64,000 nt of DNA from positions 9,934 through 73,933 of the forward strand of contig JBKJUS010000107.1 in NCBI GenBank assembly GCA_046590575.1, read 5' to 3'. The DNA is from Mycobacteriales bacterium (GTDB taxonomy: Bacteria; Actinomycetota; Actinomycetes; BP-191). The translations under genes and the position numbers were made by a program. A model generated the notes under the pieces. It was not told where the DNA came from. It saw nothing but the letters and a program-made list of their open reading frames with translations, and did no database searches. How positions within the stretch are numbered: the first letter of the stretch is position 1; every line of letters starts with the position of its first letter. Shown piece by piece: positions 1-9,245 of this stretch.

Positions 1-818
1 AGGTCTTCCCTCCGTCGGCAGAGCGACCCACGACCAAACCCCCGAGGTCCTGGTTCTTCCAGGCGAGGTAGATCGAGCCGTCGGCGCCGAAGGCGGGCCG
101 GGAGATCTCGCGAGCCGTCTGCCCCAACGGGCTGGCGGACGTCGGTGCCGACCACGACTCGCCCAGGTCGTCGGACACAGTGACGACGGCGCGGTAGGCC
201 TTGCCGGGACCGGTCCCGGCTTTGGCGATCGAGCTCCAGCCCTCCACCACGATGCGGTCGCCGCTCGGTCGCCGATGCACACCGACTTTGGGGCGGCTGT
301 AGATAGGCTCGACGAGTGGGCCACCAGGCAGCACGACGATGCCCGGGGCGAATGTGCGCCCCCCATCGACCGACGTAGCGAGGATCACCGAGTCGCCCTC
401 GTTGCCACGGATCGAAGAGAACACGGCGTAGACCGCGCCCGCGGAACCGAAGGCCACCCCGCCATCCATCCGGGAGTAACCACCGGAATCGAACTGGATG
501 CACGGCTTGCTGCCAAATCCCTCAGGCGCGCGGAAATCCCCGCCGACCCATGACCGGCCGGCGTCGAACGTGACGCGATACGTGCATTGCCCGGTATAGA
601 AGTTTTGGGCGACCACGACCATGTGTCGGGGGTCTGCCGGGTCGACCGCCAGGCCGGGCACGTCGAATCCCCGAGCCGCCGCCCGGTCACCGGCCACCCT
701 GAGGTTCGCGCTGACCCTGAACTGCGGAGAGCCGCCGCCCCATCCAGGAAGGGGGGCGAGCAGCGTCGCGCTGAGCAGGGCGGAGCCGAAAGCGACTCGG
801 ACCGTGTGGACGCGCATG
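1..818 (-). CDS. BNR/Asp-box repeat (sialidase-like beta-propeller) secreted protein, N-terminal part; gene runs off the window start
   Basis: Not in the ORF track because it is truncated. Reverse-strand translation from the ATG at 818..816 gives MRVHTVRVAFGSALLSATLLAPLPGW... (signal-peptide-like), then ...ATSVDGGRTF..., ...SDDLGESWS..., ...RSADGGKT... Asp-box (SxDxGxTW) motifs. It is paralogous to 2390..4741. Confidence 0.6.
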
Positions 819-819
819 A

Positions 820-2304
820 CTACTCCGGCTTGATCGTGACGGCGGCGAAAACGATGTCCTGCTTGTCGGTGTCGAGCGATCCGTTGCGCGTGTCGGTCCA
901 CACGGCGTACGCCGCCGTTGGGGTCGACACCACGCCGATCCGCGTGCCGGCATCTGCCTTGTCGAGCTCACTGCCCGGTCCGACCTTGGAGTCGAACAGC
1001 ACGTCGGACAGCGGGAGGTTCGTCCAGCTCTCACCCTCGTCGGCGCTCGCGGCGTAGTAGGCCGAGGTCAGCGTGTCGTTGTCGTCGTCATCGCGGCGGT
1101 CGAGGAAGACCACGTCGACGCGACCGGTTGGCGCCACCGACACCCTGGGCAGGTACTGCCGGGCACCAGAGCCGACCTTGTCGTCGTTGACCCGAGACGG
1201 GTTCGACCAGCTGCGCCCGCCGTCGGCGGAACGCCGGAGGAATACGTCGGAGTCGCCGTTGCGGCCGTCGGCCCAGGCGATGTAGAGCGATCCGTTGCGT
1301 GGGTCGATCGCAATGCTCGGGAACTGCGGGAGGTAGACGAGGAAGCGCTCGGTGGGCACCAAGTCGTCGTCGACGACCTCTTCGCTGTCGAAGGTCTTGC
1401 CGCTGTCGGTCGACCGGGCGAGGACCAGGCTGAAGCGGCCGTCGTGGACGGGCCCAGCCGTTCCTTGGAAGTCCGCCTCGTCGTCGCCGAAGTCCTGGTA
1501 GAGGACGTAGACCTCGTCGTCCGGCCCGACGACGGGAGTTGCCGCCCCGACGAGCGAGCGGTCGGCGCTGCTGACTTGGACGGGTTCGGAGAACGACGCC
1601 CCGGCGTCGGTAGACGTCGACATGACGACCGGGTTGGGAGGCGGCGGGAAGCCATTGGGGATGGGCTCGACGGCGTCGGTCGTCTGCACCCAGGTGATGT
1701 GTAAATCGCCGGTCCGGGGATTCACCGCAAGACGCGACTGGAATGCGTTGTCCCCGGTCACCTTGACTGGTGGGCCGAACGTCGTGCCGTCATCGGTGGA
1801 CTGCTCGAGCCAGACTGCGCCCGGGGAGTTGCCCTTGCCTTTCAGCGTTGTGAACACGACGAAGAGGGTGCCATCGGCGTCGTAGGCGACGTCGGGGGCG
1901 AAGGGCCGATCTTCACCTTCGGGCAGCACCAGCGAGGAGTCGGTCCACGTTTGCCCACCGTCGCGTGAAGTGTGCACCGCGGCGGAGAAGCGGGGACGGT
2001 CCACCCGGTCCACCGCGACCAGCGTGTTCGGGTCTGTGGGATTGATCGCAATCGTCGGCGAGTTGTGCGCCGCGATGGTCGTGGACGCTGACGTGATGAC
2101 GACGTTGTCCCCAGCGGTGAGGGCGACCTTCGCTGGAACGTCCCGCAACTGGGCGACCCCGATGCCGGCGGCGACGAGCACCAAGCCGGCCACAAGGGTC
2201 CAGGCGATCCACCGGCGGGGCTGGTCGCTCGACCCTGACGTGGATGGCTGGTCGACGCCCGGACCGTCTGGCGCCGCGTCAACCTCTGTTCGTGCCTGGG
2301 TCAT
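820..2304 (-). CDS. BNR/Asp-box repeat protein (sialidase/glycosyl-hydrolase-like beta-propeller), N-terminal signal-anchor TM
   Basis: 494-aa ORF with at least six Asp-box motifs (SRDGGQTWTD, STDDGTTFG, STDAGASF, STDSGKTFD, SADGGRSWS, SADEGESWT). A hydrophobic helix WIAWTLVAGLVLVAAGIGV follows a charged N-terminus. Confidence 0.75.
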   Translation of the reverse strand: MTQARTEVDAAPDGPGVDQPSTSGSSDQPRRWIAWTLVAGLVLVAAGIGVAQLRDVPAKVALTAGDNVVITSASTTIAAHNSPTIAINPTDPNTLVAVDRVDRPRFSAAVHTSRDGGQTWTDSSLVLPEGEDRPFAPDVAYDADGTLFVVFTTLKGKGNSPGAVWLEQSTDDGTTFGPPVKVTGDNAFQSRLAVNPRTGDLHITWVQTTDAVEPIPNGFPPPPNPVVMSTSTDAGASFSEPVQVSSADRSLVGAATPVVGPDDEVYVLYQDFGDDEADFQGTAGPVHDGRFSLVLARSTDSGKTFDSEEVVDDDLVPTERFLVYLPQFPSIAIDPRNGSLYIAWADGRNGDSDVFLRRSADGGRSWSNPSRVNDDKVGSGARQYLPRVSVAPTGRVDVVFLDRRDDDDNDTLTSAYYAASADEGESWTNLPLSDVLFDSKVGPGSELDKADAGTRIGVVSTPTAAYAVWTDTRNGSLDTDKQDIVFAAVTIKPE

Positions 2305-2389
2305 TGTGTGGTCCTTTCCCCCGTAGTGCGGACTCTGCCCGTTTGGCTGGGTGTGCCGTCGATAGAGGTGGCGCGCGTAGAGCTGGAAG

Positions 2390-4741
2390 TTAGGAGGCTC
2401 GGGCAGTCACATAGCGGTCAACGCGGTCGGTCAGCGTGAGGCGGGTGATGACCGTTCTGGCCGCCTGCTCGTCGGCGCCAGCCGTGAGGAGGAACAGTCC
2501 GCCAAGACGGGCCACGGCGGCGCCGAGGGCGGCAGCCTCGACGGCTCGGCGAGCGTCGGCGACGTACACGACGTTCACCGGGAAGCCCCGGGAGAGCGCG
2601 TGCCGGGCCACGACCTCCGAGGTTGCCGCCGCGCCATTGCCGCCCAGTCTCGTCGGCTTGGGCAGCTGCGCGAGCACTGCCTCACTGATTGCGGCCGGAC
2701 CTCCGATGACCAGCGTCGAGCTGACGCCGAGACGAGTCAACGAGTCGCGGGTCGCAGCCGGCAGGGCGTCACGATCGGTGAGCAGGACGGGCAGCCGTAG
2801 GGTGGCGGCCAAGCCCGCGGCAGCGCCCGCGTCGGCGCTGCGGGGATTGACGATCACGGCCTCGCTGAACGCGGGCTTTCCGACGAGCGGAAGCTTGTCC
2901 GTCTGGGTACGACGGTCGAGGAGGTCGGCGATGCGGACGGCGACGTCCACAGCAGGGCCAGCGAGCCGCACGATCTTGTCCTCGGGCACACCGGCCTGGG
3001 CCAGGTCGGCAATGACCCGATCAGACAGGGAATTCTGGTCGCCGAGCACGTAGGCACCGATCGGCCGCAGCCTGGTCACTTCCTTCTTCAGTGCGGGAGT
3101 GAGGCCGGACGCCGTCGACAGCAGCAACGGTCCGAGCTTGGCCCGGGCGAGCACTGCGCCTGCGGTCGCGGAGCCGACGTCAGTCGCGTTGGCGACGACG
3201 ACGTGGGTGGCGGGTGCGTTGGCGAACCCACCCGTGAGGATCGACTCCCCGCCGGCGGGGTAGGCGAGCCGCGAAAGCTGCACGGAGTAGGCGTCGATGC
3301 CCTGGCCCGCGATCCTGCGGATGGGCGGATTGCCGGCCCCGGTGACCTGAACCCGGTTGAGGTAGATGTCTTGGTTCTCTGAGTCGGCGTTGCCGTCGCG
3401 GGTGTCCATCCAGGCGACCAGGAGAGCATCGTCACCGAGTGGCACCGCCACCGGCCCGAACGACCAGTAGCTGCAGCACTTGTAGTCGAGGCCGAGGTCG
3501 TTGTTGATCGACCGGTCAGTCAGCCGGCGGTTGGGCGAGAACGTCTTGCCTCCGTCGGTCGACATCGACCAGTAGGTATCGCCGATACGCGGCTCGCCGT
3601 TGCCCGCGTGCGCGTCGCTCGGCGAGTTGTAGCCGTGCCTCCGGTCGTGCCAGACGATGTCGATCCGGCCGTTGCGGGCGACTGAGATATTGGGGTGGCG
3701 CTGAGTGATGACGTTGCCGAATCGGTCGTCGTTCACGCGCTGTTGGGGTGCGAAGGTTTTGGCGCCGTCGGTCGAGCGGAAGAACGTGACGTCGGAGTCC
3801 TTGGGGATGAAGTGGTCCTTGCCGGAGACCTGTCCCGGCCGCGGGACGGCGCCGTCGGAGCCGGCGGGTGGCGGTTGGCCGATGACGACATAGACCTGAC
3901 CCGGACGGATGCCGACGGCCAGCTGGGGGAACTTCGACCCGGCTGAGTCGATCGGCCCGGCAGGGGTCTGGGTCCACGTCCGGCCGAAGTCCGACGATCG
4001 GCCGACGACAACGAAGTTCTGAGCTCCGTTGTCGGCCGTGCGCCAGGCGAGGTACAGCGTGCCGTCCGGGCCGATCGCTGGCTGGCTGGCCTCGTCAGCG
4101 GTGGTCGTTGTGGTATTGGCCCGTCGCGGCGGGCTCCAGGTGCGCCCGCCGTCCTCGGACACTGTGACGAAGGCGGCGGTCGGGCTGCCACCGTCGGAGG
4201 CCACAACGATGCGGTCGCCCTGGGGGCGTCGCTGGACGGCGATCTTGGGATACGTGTACCCCGGCATAGTCTCGACGGCGCGGCCGAAGGTCGCACCACC
4301 ATCCGTCGACGTCGCCACCAGGACGAAGATCTCGTTTGCCGCGTTGCGTGCAGAGAACGTCGCGTAGACGCGCTGACCGGTCCCGAAGGCGACTCCACCG
4401 TCGATGTTGCCGAATCCGGCCCCACCGTTGCACGGGTGCTCGGCGTAGCCCACCGGTCCGCGCAGATGTCCGCTGCGCCAGGTGCGACCGCCGTCGCGGC
4501 TCACGTGGTGGTCGCAGTCTCTGCGTCCCACATCGCCGTCGACAGCGACCAGGTGCCGGGCGTCCGCCGGGTTGACCGCCAATCCGGGGGCCACGCGGGC
4601 GCGCCCCTGCGTCTTGTCGGCGCCGAGTCGGTAGTTGGTGCTGGTGCCGCGAGTCTGGCCGCCCTGCGCGCCTGCGGCGGTAGCAATGAGGCCGAGAGCG
4701 ACGCCGAGGGCTAAGGCGTGCCGGGAGGTGAAGGGGGACAT
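2390..4741 (-). CDS. secreted BNR/Asp-box repeat protein with three C-terminal putative cell-wall-binding (CWB2-like) repeats
   Basis: The ORF 2390..4879 is trimmed to an internal ATG that gives MSPFTSRHALALGVALGLIATAAGAQG (signal peptide). Asp-boxes are present (SRDGGRTW, STDGGATFG, SEDGGRTWS, SSDFGRTW, STDGAKTF, STDGGKTFS). The C-terminal ~300 aa is made of three ~100-aa repeats (LLLSTASGLTPALKKEV..., VIVNPRSADAGAAAGLAATLRLPVLLTDRD..., VVYVADARRAVEAAALGAAVARLGGLFLLT...), typical of CWB2 domains. Confidence 0.7.
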   Translation of the reverse strand: MSPFTSRHALALGVALGLIATAAGAQGGQTRGTSTNYRLGADKTQGRARVAPGLAVNPADARHLVAVDGDVGRRDCDHHVSRDGGRTWRSGHLRGPVGYAEHPCNGGAGFGNIDGGVAFGTGQRVYATFSARNAANEIFVLVATSTDGGATFGRAVETMPGYTYPKIAVQRRPQGDRIVVASDGGSPTAAFVTVSEDGGRTWSPPRRANTTTTTADEASQPAIGPDGTLYLAWRTADNGAQNFVVVGRSSDFGRTWTQTPAGPIDSAGSKFPQLAVGIRPGQVYVVIGQPPPAGSDGAVPRPGQVSGKDHFIPKDSDVTFFRSTDGAKTFAPQQRVNDDRFGNVITQRHPNISVARNGRIDIVWHDRRHGYNSPSDAHAGNGEPRIGDTYWSMSTDGGKTFSPNRRLTDRSINNDLGLDYKCCSYWSFGPVAVPLGDDALLVAWMDTRDGNADSENQDIYLNRVQVTGAGNPPIRRIAGQGIDAYSVQLSRLAYPAGGESILTGGFANAPATHVVVANATDVGSATAGAVLARAKLGPLLLSTASGLTPALKKEVTRLRPIGAYVLGDQNSLSDRVIADLAQAGVPEDKIVRLAGPAVDVAVRIADLLDRRTQTDKLPLVGKPAFSEAVIVNPRSADAGAAAGLAATLRLPVLLTDRDALPAATRDSLTRLGVSSTLVIGGPAAISEAVLAQLPKPTRLGGNGAAATSEVVARHALSRGFPVNVVYVADARRAVEAAALGAAVARLGGLFLLTAGADEQAARTVITRLTLTDRVDRYVTARAS

Positions 4742-4918
4742 GCGGATGGACTCGCTTTCACGTGCGTCTGGGTGGTGGGTATAGGTGCAGACTTCTGCGT
4801 TACGACCGTCACTCCTGCGCCGTGGGCGGAACGGGCCGCACAGCGATGAAGGGGCAGCCCAGGCGGGCTGCCCCTTCATCGGACGGTGCTGACGGTCCAG
4901 TGCGACCGCGTGGAGTGC

Positions 4919-5665
4919 CTAGCGGGAGGTGCGCGCCTCGGCCGGGCGGCGACGACGGCTGGCGACGGCGACGGTGCCGGCACCCACGGAGAGCGCGAGG
5001 CCGATGCCGACGAGGGAGAGGGCCAGGAGAAGGCCGTCACCGCGGGGTGCCATGGTGGTGGAACGCCGAGCCGCCGGAGCCGCTGCAGGAGCGCCCTGGA
5101 TGGCCGGGGCAGCTACCGCCGCCGGAGCCGCTGCAGGAGCCGGAGCGACGACGGCGGCAGGCGCCGGAGCGGCGATGCCGGGCTGAACAGCAGAGCCGCC
5201 CTGACGGGCCGGCGCCTGGGCCGGCGCGGCCGGCTGCTGGTTAGCGGCGGCGGGCTGGGCCGGGCGGGCAGCGACTGGCTTGGCGAGCACCTCGAACGGT
5301 GCGCGGGCCGGAGTGCCGCCGATAGGCTGGCCGTTCTGACCCATCTGGGTGGCGATCAGGACGTAATCGCCAGGGGCAGCCTGGGGCACGGTGAAGTTGA
5401 AGGCGATCTTGCCATCAACAGCCGGCCGACCCGACCACAGAACCTGACCATCGCGGGCGTTGAAGTGCACCTCGACCGGGCTGGACAGTGGACTGTTGCT
5501 GAAGCCGGCACCGGTACCGGCGACGTCGGCGCCGACCTGGGCCGCACTCTTGTCAACCTCGAGGGTGGCCAACGCCGTGCAGGCGTAGGCGAACGACATA
5601 GCGGCGAGCGGGACACCCACCAGTCCGGCGATGACGATTGACGATCGTCGGGTCCTGATCCGCAT
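4919..5665 (-). CDS. Pro/Ala-rich secreted, membrane-anchored hypothetical protein
   Basis: The internal ATG MRIRTRRSSIVIAGLVGVPLAAMSFAYA has a strong RBS (aaggagga). The protein has an N-terminal signal/TM, a globular segment, a long PA-rich low-complexity linker, then a C-terminal hydrophobic helix LLLALSLVGIGLALSVGAG followed by a RRRRP tail. The longer ORF start at 6118 has no support. Confidence 0.55.
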   Translation of the reverse strand: MRIRTRRSSIVIAGLVGVPLAAMSFAYACTALATLEVDKSAAQVGADVAGTGAGFSNSPLSSPVEVHFNARDGQVLWSGRPAVDGKIAFNFTVPQAAPGDYVLIATQMGQNGQPIGGTPARAPFEVLAKPVAARPAQPAAANQQPAAPAQAPARQGGSAVQPGIAAPAPAAVVAPAPAAAPAAVAAPAIQGAPAAAPAARRSTTMAPRGDGLLLALSLVGIGLALSVGAGTVAVASRRRRPAEARTSR

Positions 5666-5816
5666 TGCGTCCTCCTTTGGGGGAGACGATGTCTCCACAT
5701 ACTGCACGGCTGGGTGCAAACTGCACCTATTGTCCCGAATCGGGCACTCGGTTGTCAACCACGCGACTTCGCGGGCGCGGCGCGCCCAATCTGTGGCGCG
5801 CAGCCGACCGGTTACG

Positions 5817-7346
5817 GTGTGCGACGTGCCTCGATGTCGCCGCACTTGGCACCATTCAGCCGCCGTTCCTGCGATGGTGGCGGCCCTCCTTGGAGGCGTC
5901 GCCTGTACGCCGGCGACACCCGCTAGCGTCGCGGCGCCGAAGGCTGGGGTCGAGGTCTTCGTCAACACCCCGGGCGCCATCGACGCCAACAACACACCCA
6001 CAATCGTACGAAATCCGCGGCGCCCCAGCACATTGGTGGTCGTCCACCGGGTCGACCGGCCACGCTTCTCCGGGACGCTGCGCTGGAGCCAGGACGACGG
6101 CGCGACCTGGGGCAGCACTGCGCTGCCCTTGCCCTCGGGAAAGGACCGGCCGTTCCACCCGGACGCAGCGTTCGGGCCCGATGGTGTCCTCTACGTCGTA
6201 TACGGCAACCTCACCGGACCGCGCAACATGGGCGACGGGATCTGGGTCGCCACCTCGACGGACGGCGGCCGCACCCTGACGGAGCCCGTCCGCGTTGCCG
6301 CCGCTCGGTCCTTCCAGCCGCGGATCGCGGTGAGCCGCGGCGGCATGGTGCACGTGACCTGGTTGGCGGGCCGGGGCGTTTCGGTCCTCAAGCTTGTCGA
6401 CCCTCCGTCGCCGATCGTGACCGCCCGGTCGACCGACGGCGGCCGCACCTTCGGGAAGCCGGTTCAGGTCAGCGATCTGACGCGCGCGCGGGTGGGGGCC
6501 GGGAAGCCGTTCATTGACGGTCGTGGCGACCTCGCCGTGCTCTACATCGACTACAAGAACGACCGCAGAGACTTCGAGGACGAGCCGGGCCCGCCGTCGG
6601 ACGAGCGTTTCGCGCTGGTGCTTACTCGGTCCGGCGATGGAGGCAAGACGTTCGACCGCGGCGTTGAGATCGAGCGCGACGTGGTGCCGGCTCGTCGCTT
6701 CCTGGCCTTCGTGCCGGAATACGCCGACCTAGCGGTCGGGCCGGACAAGGCGATGTACGCCGTGTGGTCGAGCCGGCTCGACGGCGATGAGGATGTCTAC
6801 CTCCGCAAGTCCACTGACAACGGCGAGACCTGGTCCGAGGCGGTGAGGGTTGGCGCCGCGATGGACAACACCGCCGCCGACAAGTCGTCGCAGTACTTGC
6901 CGTCGGTTGACGTTGCGCCGGACGGGCGGGTGGACGTCCTGTATCTCGACCGCGCTCGTGATCCACGTGACGTGCTCGCGGACGCGACGCTAGCCACGTC
7001 GTACGACGACGGCCAGACATTTCAGGTTGTGCGCCTGTCCTCGAAGTCCTTCGACTCGACTGTCGGCTCGTCGGTCTCGCCCAACCTCCCCGCAGACTTC
7101 GGCAGCCGGCTGGCGCTGCTCAGCGAGACCGGCCGCGCGGTCGCAGCGTGGACCGACACGCGCATGGGGAACGCCGACACCGGTCGGCAGGACATTGCGC
7201 TTGTTCGCATCACGCTGGCTGAGAAACGCGCCGGGCGCGGGCCGCTCTGGAGCGTCGGGGCCGGCGTCGCCGCCGCTGCGCTGGCCGCGTTGGTGGGGAC
7301 ACTCATCTTGCGCCGTCGCAGGCGTCGGGGGAGGGTGGCGCGATGA
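5817..7346 (+). CDS. BNR/Asp-box repeat protein with C-terminal TM anchor (paralog of 820..2304)
   Basis: Asp-boxes are present (SQDDGATWGS, STDGGRTLTEP, STDGGRTFGKP, SGDGGKTFDRG, STDNGETWSEA, SYDDGQTFQ). The C-terminus is LWSVGAGVAAAALAALVGTLILRRRRRR. The start is uncertain: GTG at 5817 or 5826, or ATG at 5874, giving a lipoprotein-like MVAALLGGVAC. The track start at 5631 would overlap the upstream minus-strand gene. The stop overlaps the start of the next gene (ATGA). Confidence 0.7.
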   Translation: MCDVPRCRRTWHHSAAVPAMVAALLGGVACTPATPASVAAPKAGVEVFVNTPGAIDANNTPTIVRNPRRPSTLVVVHRVDRPRFSGTLRWSQDDGATWGSTALPLPSGKDRPFHPDAAFGPDGVLYVVYGNLTGPRNMGDGIWVATSTDGGRTLTEPVRVAAARSFQPRIAVSRGGMVHVTWLAGRGVSVLKLVDPPSPIVTARSTDGGRTFGKPVQVSDLTRARVGAGKPFIDGRGDLAVLYIDYKNDRRDFEDEPGPPSDERFALVLTRSGDGGKTFDRGVEIERDVVPARRFLAFVPEYADLAVGPDKAMYAVWSSRLDGDEDVYLRKSTDNGETWSEAVRVGAAMDNTAADKSSQYLPSVDVAPDGRVDVLYLDRARDPRDVLADATLATSYDDGQTFQVVRLSSKSFDSTVGSSVSPNLPADFGSRLALLSETGRAVAAWTDTRMGNADTGRQDIALVRITLAEKRAGRGPLWSVGAGVAAAALAALVGTLILRRRRRRGRVAR

Positions 7347-8107
7347 GAGTCGCCTTTGTGGGAAAGGGTGGGGCCGGCAAGTCGGCCATCGCCGGCACGT
7401 TCGCCCGGTCGCTCGCGCGTCGCGGCACATCGGTGCTCGCGTTGGACACCGATCCGCTCCCCGGCCTGGCGTTCTCGCTAGGCCTGCCCTCGACAGACGC
7501 GCCGATCCCGGAGGAAGCCACCGAGGAGAAGGCCGAAGGGGAGGATGGCCCGCGCTGGCGATTGCGCTCGGATCTGACGCCAGTAGAGGCAGTAGAGCGG
7601 TACGCCGCAACGGCGCCCGATGGCGTGCGCTTCCTGCAGTTCGGCAAGGTGCGGCGTCAGTGGACGGCGCCGGAGGTTCGCTCGCAGTTCGTCTTCCGGC
7701 AGATCGTTCATTTCCTCCCTGAGGAGCCGTGGAGCCTCGTCGGTGACCTTCCTGGTGGCACCCGACAGGCGTTCGGCGGGTGGGGGGGCTTCGCCCGCAC
7801 CATGCTCGTGGTGGTCGACCCCAGCGCCAAGTCGCTGCTTTCGGCTCGAAGGCTGGCCCGACTCGCCTCGATCGGCGAGGACCCGCCGCGGGTTGTTGCG
7901 GTGGTCAACCGCGTGCGTCAGGACGACGACGAGGCACTGGTGGCGCGGCGTAGTGGGCTCGATGTGGTGGGCGCGGTGCCATGGGACGAAGAATTCGCCG
8001 ATGCCGAACGTCGTGGCCTGGCGCCCATAGACGCCGCGCCGAACTGTCCGGCAGTGAAGGCAGTAGAGTCCCTCGTCGACCGACTGTGCGAGGAGTCCAG
8101 AGCATGA
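7343..8107 (+). CDS. CooC/MinD/ParA-family deviant-Walker-A P-loop ATPase, Cys-less paralog A
   Basis: N-terminus MRVAFVGKGGAGKSAIAGTFARSLARRG (KGGxGK[ST]). The conserved C-terminus is DAERRGLAPIDAAPNCPAVKAVESL. It has no CxC metal-binding motif and is closest to the paralog at 12846..13586. Confidence 0.8.
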   Translation: MRVAFVGKGGAGKSAIAGTFARSLARRGTSVLALDTDPLPGLAFSLGLPSTDAPIPEEATEEKAEGEDGPRWRLRSDLTPVEAVERYAATAPDGVRFLQFGKVRRQWTAPEVRSQFVFRQIVHFLPEEPWSLVGDLPGGTRQAFGGWGGFARTMLVVVDPSAKSLLSARRLARLASIGEDPPRVVAVVNRVRQDDDEALVARRSGLDVVGAVPWDEEFADAERRGLAPIDAAPNCPAVKAVESLVDRLCEESRA

Positions 8108-8844
8108 AGCTAGCCGTCGTCGGCAAGGGTGGGTCGGGCAAAACCACCACCTCCGCGATCATCGCGCGCACCTTCGCCCGAAACGGCGCGAACGTCGTCG
8201 GTCTCGACTGCGACTCCAACCCGAACCTCGGCATTTCGCTAGGTGTCGGCGACGACGAGACGGAGCGGCTTGAGTCCATGCGCCAGGCGCTCGACGAGGG
8301 CGACGAGGAGCACGCGCCGGGCTGGGACGAACTGATCGAGCGGTTCGGCTCCGACGCCCCTGACGGGGTTCGCCTCGCGGTGGTCACCCGCATTCAGAAC
8401 CCGGAGCCCGGCTGCCCTTGATGTGGTCTCTCTCCCGAGCAGTTGCTCGGGTCCGTGGACTTCACCGACACCGTCGTCGTCGCTGACCTCGAGGCCGGCA
8501 TCGGCACGTTGACCCGCATGGGTGACCAGAAGATTGACGTCGTACTCGTCGTCGTCGAGCCGACGCCGAAATCCGTCGAGGTCGGCGTACGGGCGTGCGC
8601 GCTCGTGCGGGAGAAGCAGTCGGCTGGGCAGCTCATCGTCGTGGCCAGCCGCGTGCGCAACGACGACGACCTGGCGATGGTGCGCAAGTCGTTCCCCGAC
8701 GAGGAGGTCGTGCCGATTCCTGACGACCCAGCCATCGTCGCCGCCGACCGCGAAGGGGTGGCCGCGCTGGACCGTACGCCGGACGCACCGGCCGTGCGCG
8801 CCCTGGTTGAACTGGCCGAGCGACTGCTGCCTGCAGGCGTCTAG
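8104..8844 (+). CDS. CooC-like P-loop ATPase with an in-frame TGA (8419..8421); candidate selenoprotein, read-through product 246 aa
   Basis: Track ORFs 7981..8421 and 8443..8844 are in the same frame with no other stop between them. The N-part is MKLAVVGKGGSGKTTTSAIIARTFARNG...NPEPGCP-TGA-CGLSPEQLLGSVDFTDTVVVADLEAGIGT..., so the two halves together equal one full-length paralog. The TGA lies inside the CxC-motif region that Cys paralogs have (GCLCSAHATV.., GCTCSGHATV.., ACVCCGSHAT..). A perfect 7-bp hairpin, cccgagc-agtt-gctcggg, sits at about 8434..8451, 12 nt after the TGA. selABCD are in this window. Confidence 0.6.
8434..8451 (+). promoter_or_regulatory. candidate SECIS-like hairpin 12 nt downstream of in-frame UGA 8419..8421
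   Basis: cccgagc-AGUU-gctcggg forms a 7-bp perfect stem. The spacing matches the roughly 11-nt UGA-to-stem distance of bacterial SECIS elements. Confidence 0.35.
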
Positions 8845-8848
8845 GCGG

Positions 8849-9232
8849 ATGGATTCTCGGCTCGCGCTTCCACTCGCCGGGTTAGCCGTCGGCGGCTGGG
8901 CGCTGCTGCCGCCGTATTCCGGTCCAGCGTTGAACACTGAGACACGCGTTGAGGTCATTGACCACGTCGTCCCCGGCATCGTGCTGCTCGCCGTAGCTGT
9001 GCTGTGCCTCGCTGTTCGTCGCGCCACGCTGCCGTCGGGGCTGATCGTGGCTCTCTGCGGCTTATGGATGGTCGCGACCCACGTGCCGCTGGTGCGCCAG
9101 GCCGCTGACGGCGCCGCGCCGTGGAGCGCCGTCGCCTACCACGCGGCGCCGTCGGTGGCAGTGTTGATGGTAGGTCTGTTGTGGGTGGTCCAGACATGGT
9201 CGGCTGAGGCGAACGAAAGCGCCCGGCACTAG
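8849..9232 (+). CDS. small polytopic membrane protein (about 127 aa, about four hydrophobic helices), hypothetical
   Basis: Internal ATG MDSRLALPLAGLAVGGWALLPPYSG... The sequence is strongly hydrophobic throughout. The longer ORF 8522..9232 would overlap the ATPase gene. Confidence 0.5.
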   Translation: MDSRLALPLAGLAVGGWALLPPYSGPALNTETRVEVIDHVVPGIVLLAVAVLCLAVRRATLPSGLIVALCGLWMVATHVPLVRQAADGAAPWSAVAYHAAPSVAVLMVGLLWVVQTWSAEANESARH

Positions 9233-9245
9233 CATCTGCGCCCTG

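Noticed and set aside
1068-1655. Many long Arg/Pro/Ser-rich ORFs antisense to or frame-shifted from the real genes (for example 1068..1655, 1842..2282, 3733..4425, 19189..20316, 26543..27523, 39517..40071)
   Set aside because: Low-complexity, Arg-rich composition is typical of stop-free alternative frames in 70 percent GC DNA. Each is fully embedded in a gene with clear family motifs on the other frame or strand.
5631-5816. Start of the BNR gene at 5631 as given in the ORF track
   Set aside because: It would overlap the convergent gene 4919..5665 and adds a non-signal-like Arg-rich N-terminus. Downstream GTG or ATG starts give a lipoprotein-like signal.
8104-8844. Interpreting the split ATPase genes (8104..8421 plus 8443..8844, and 10800..11114 plus 11196..11573) as frameshifted pseudogenes
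   Set aside because: Both halves are in the same frame, separated by a single TGA with no other lesion. The TGA falls on or next to the conserved metal-binding Cys. A hairpin follows at SECIS-like distance, and selABCD are present. Pseudogenisation is kept only as the alternative hypothesis.
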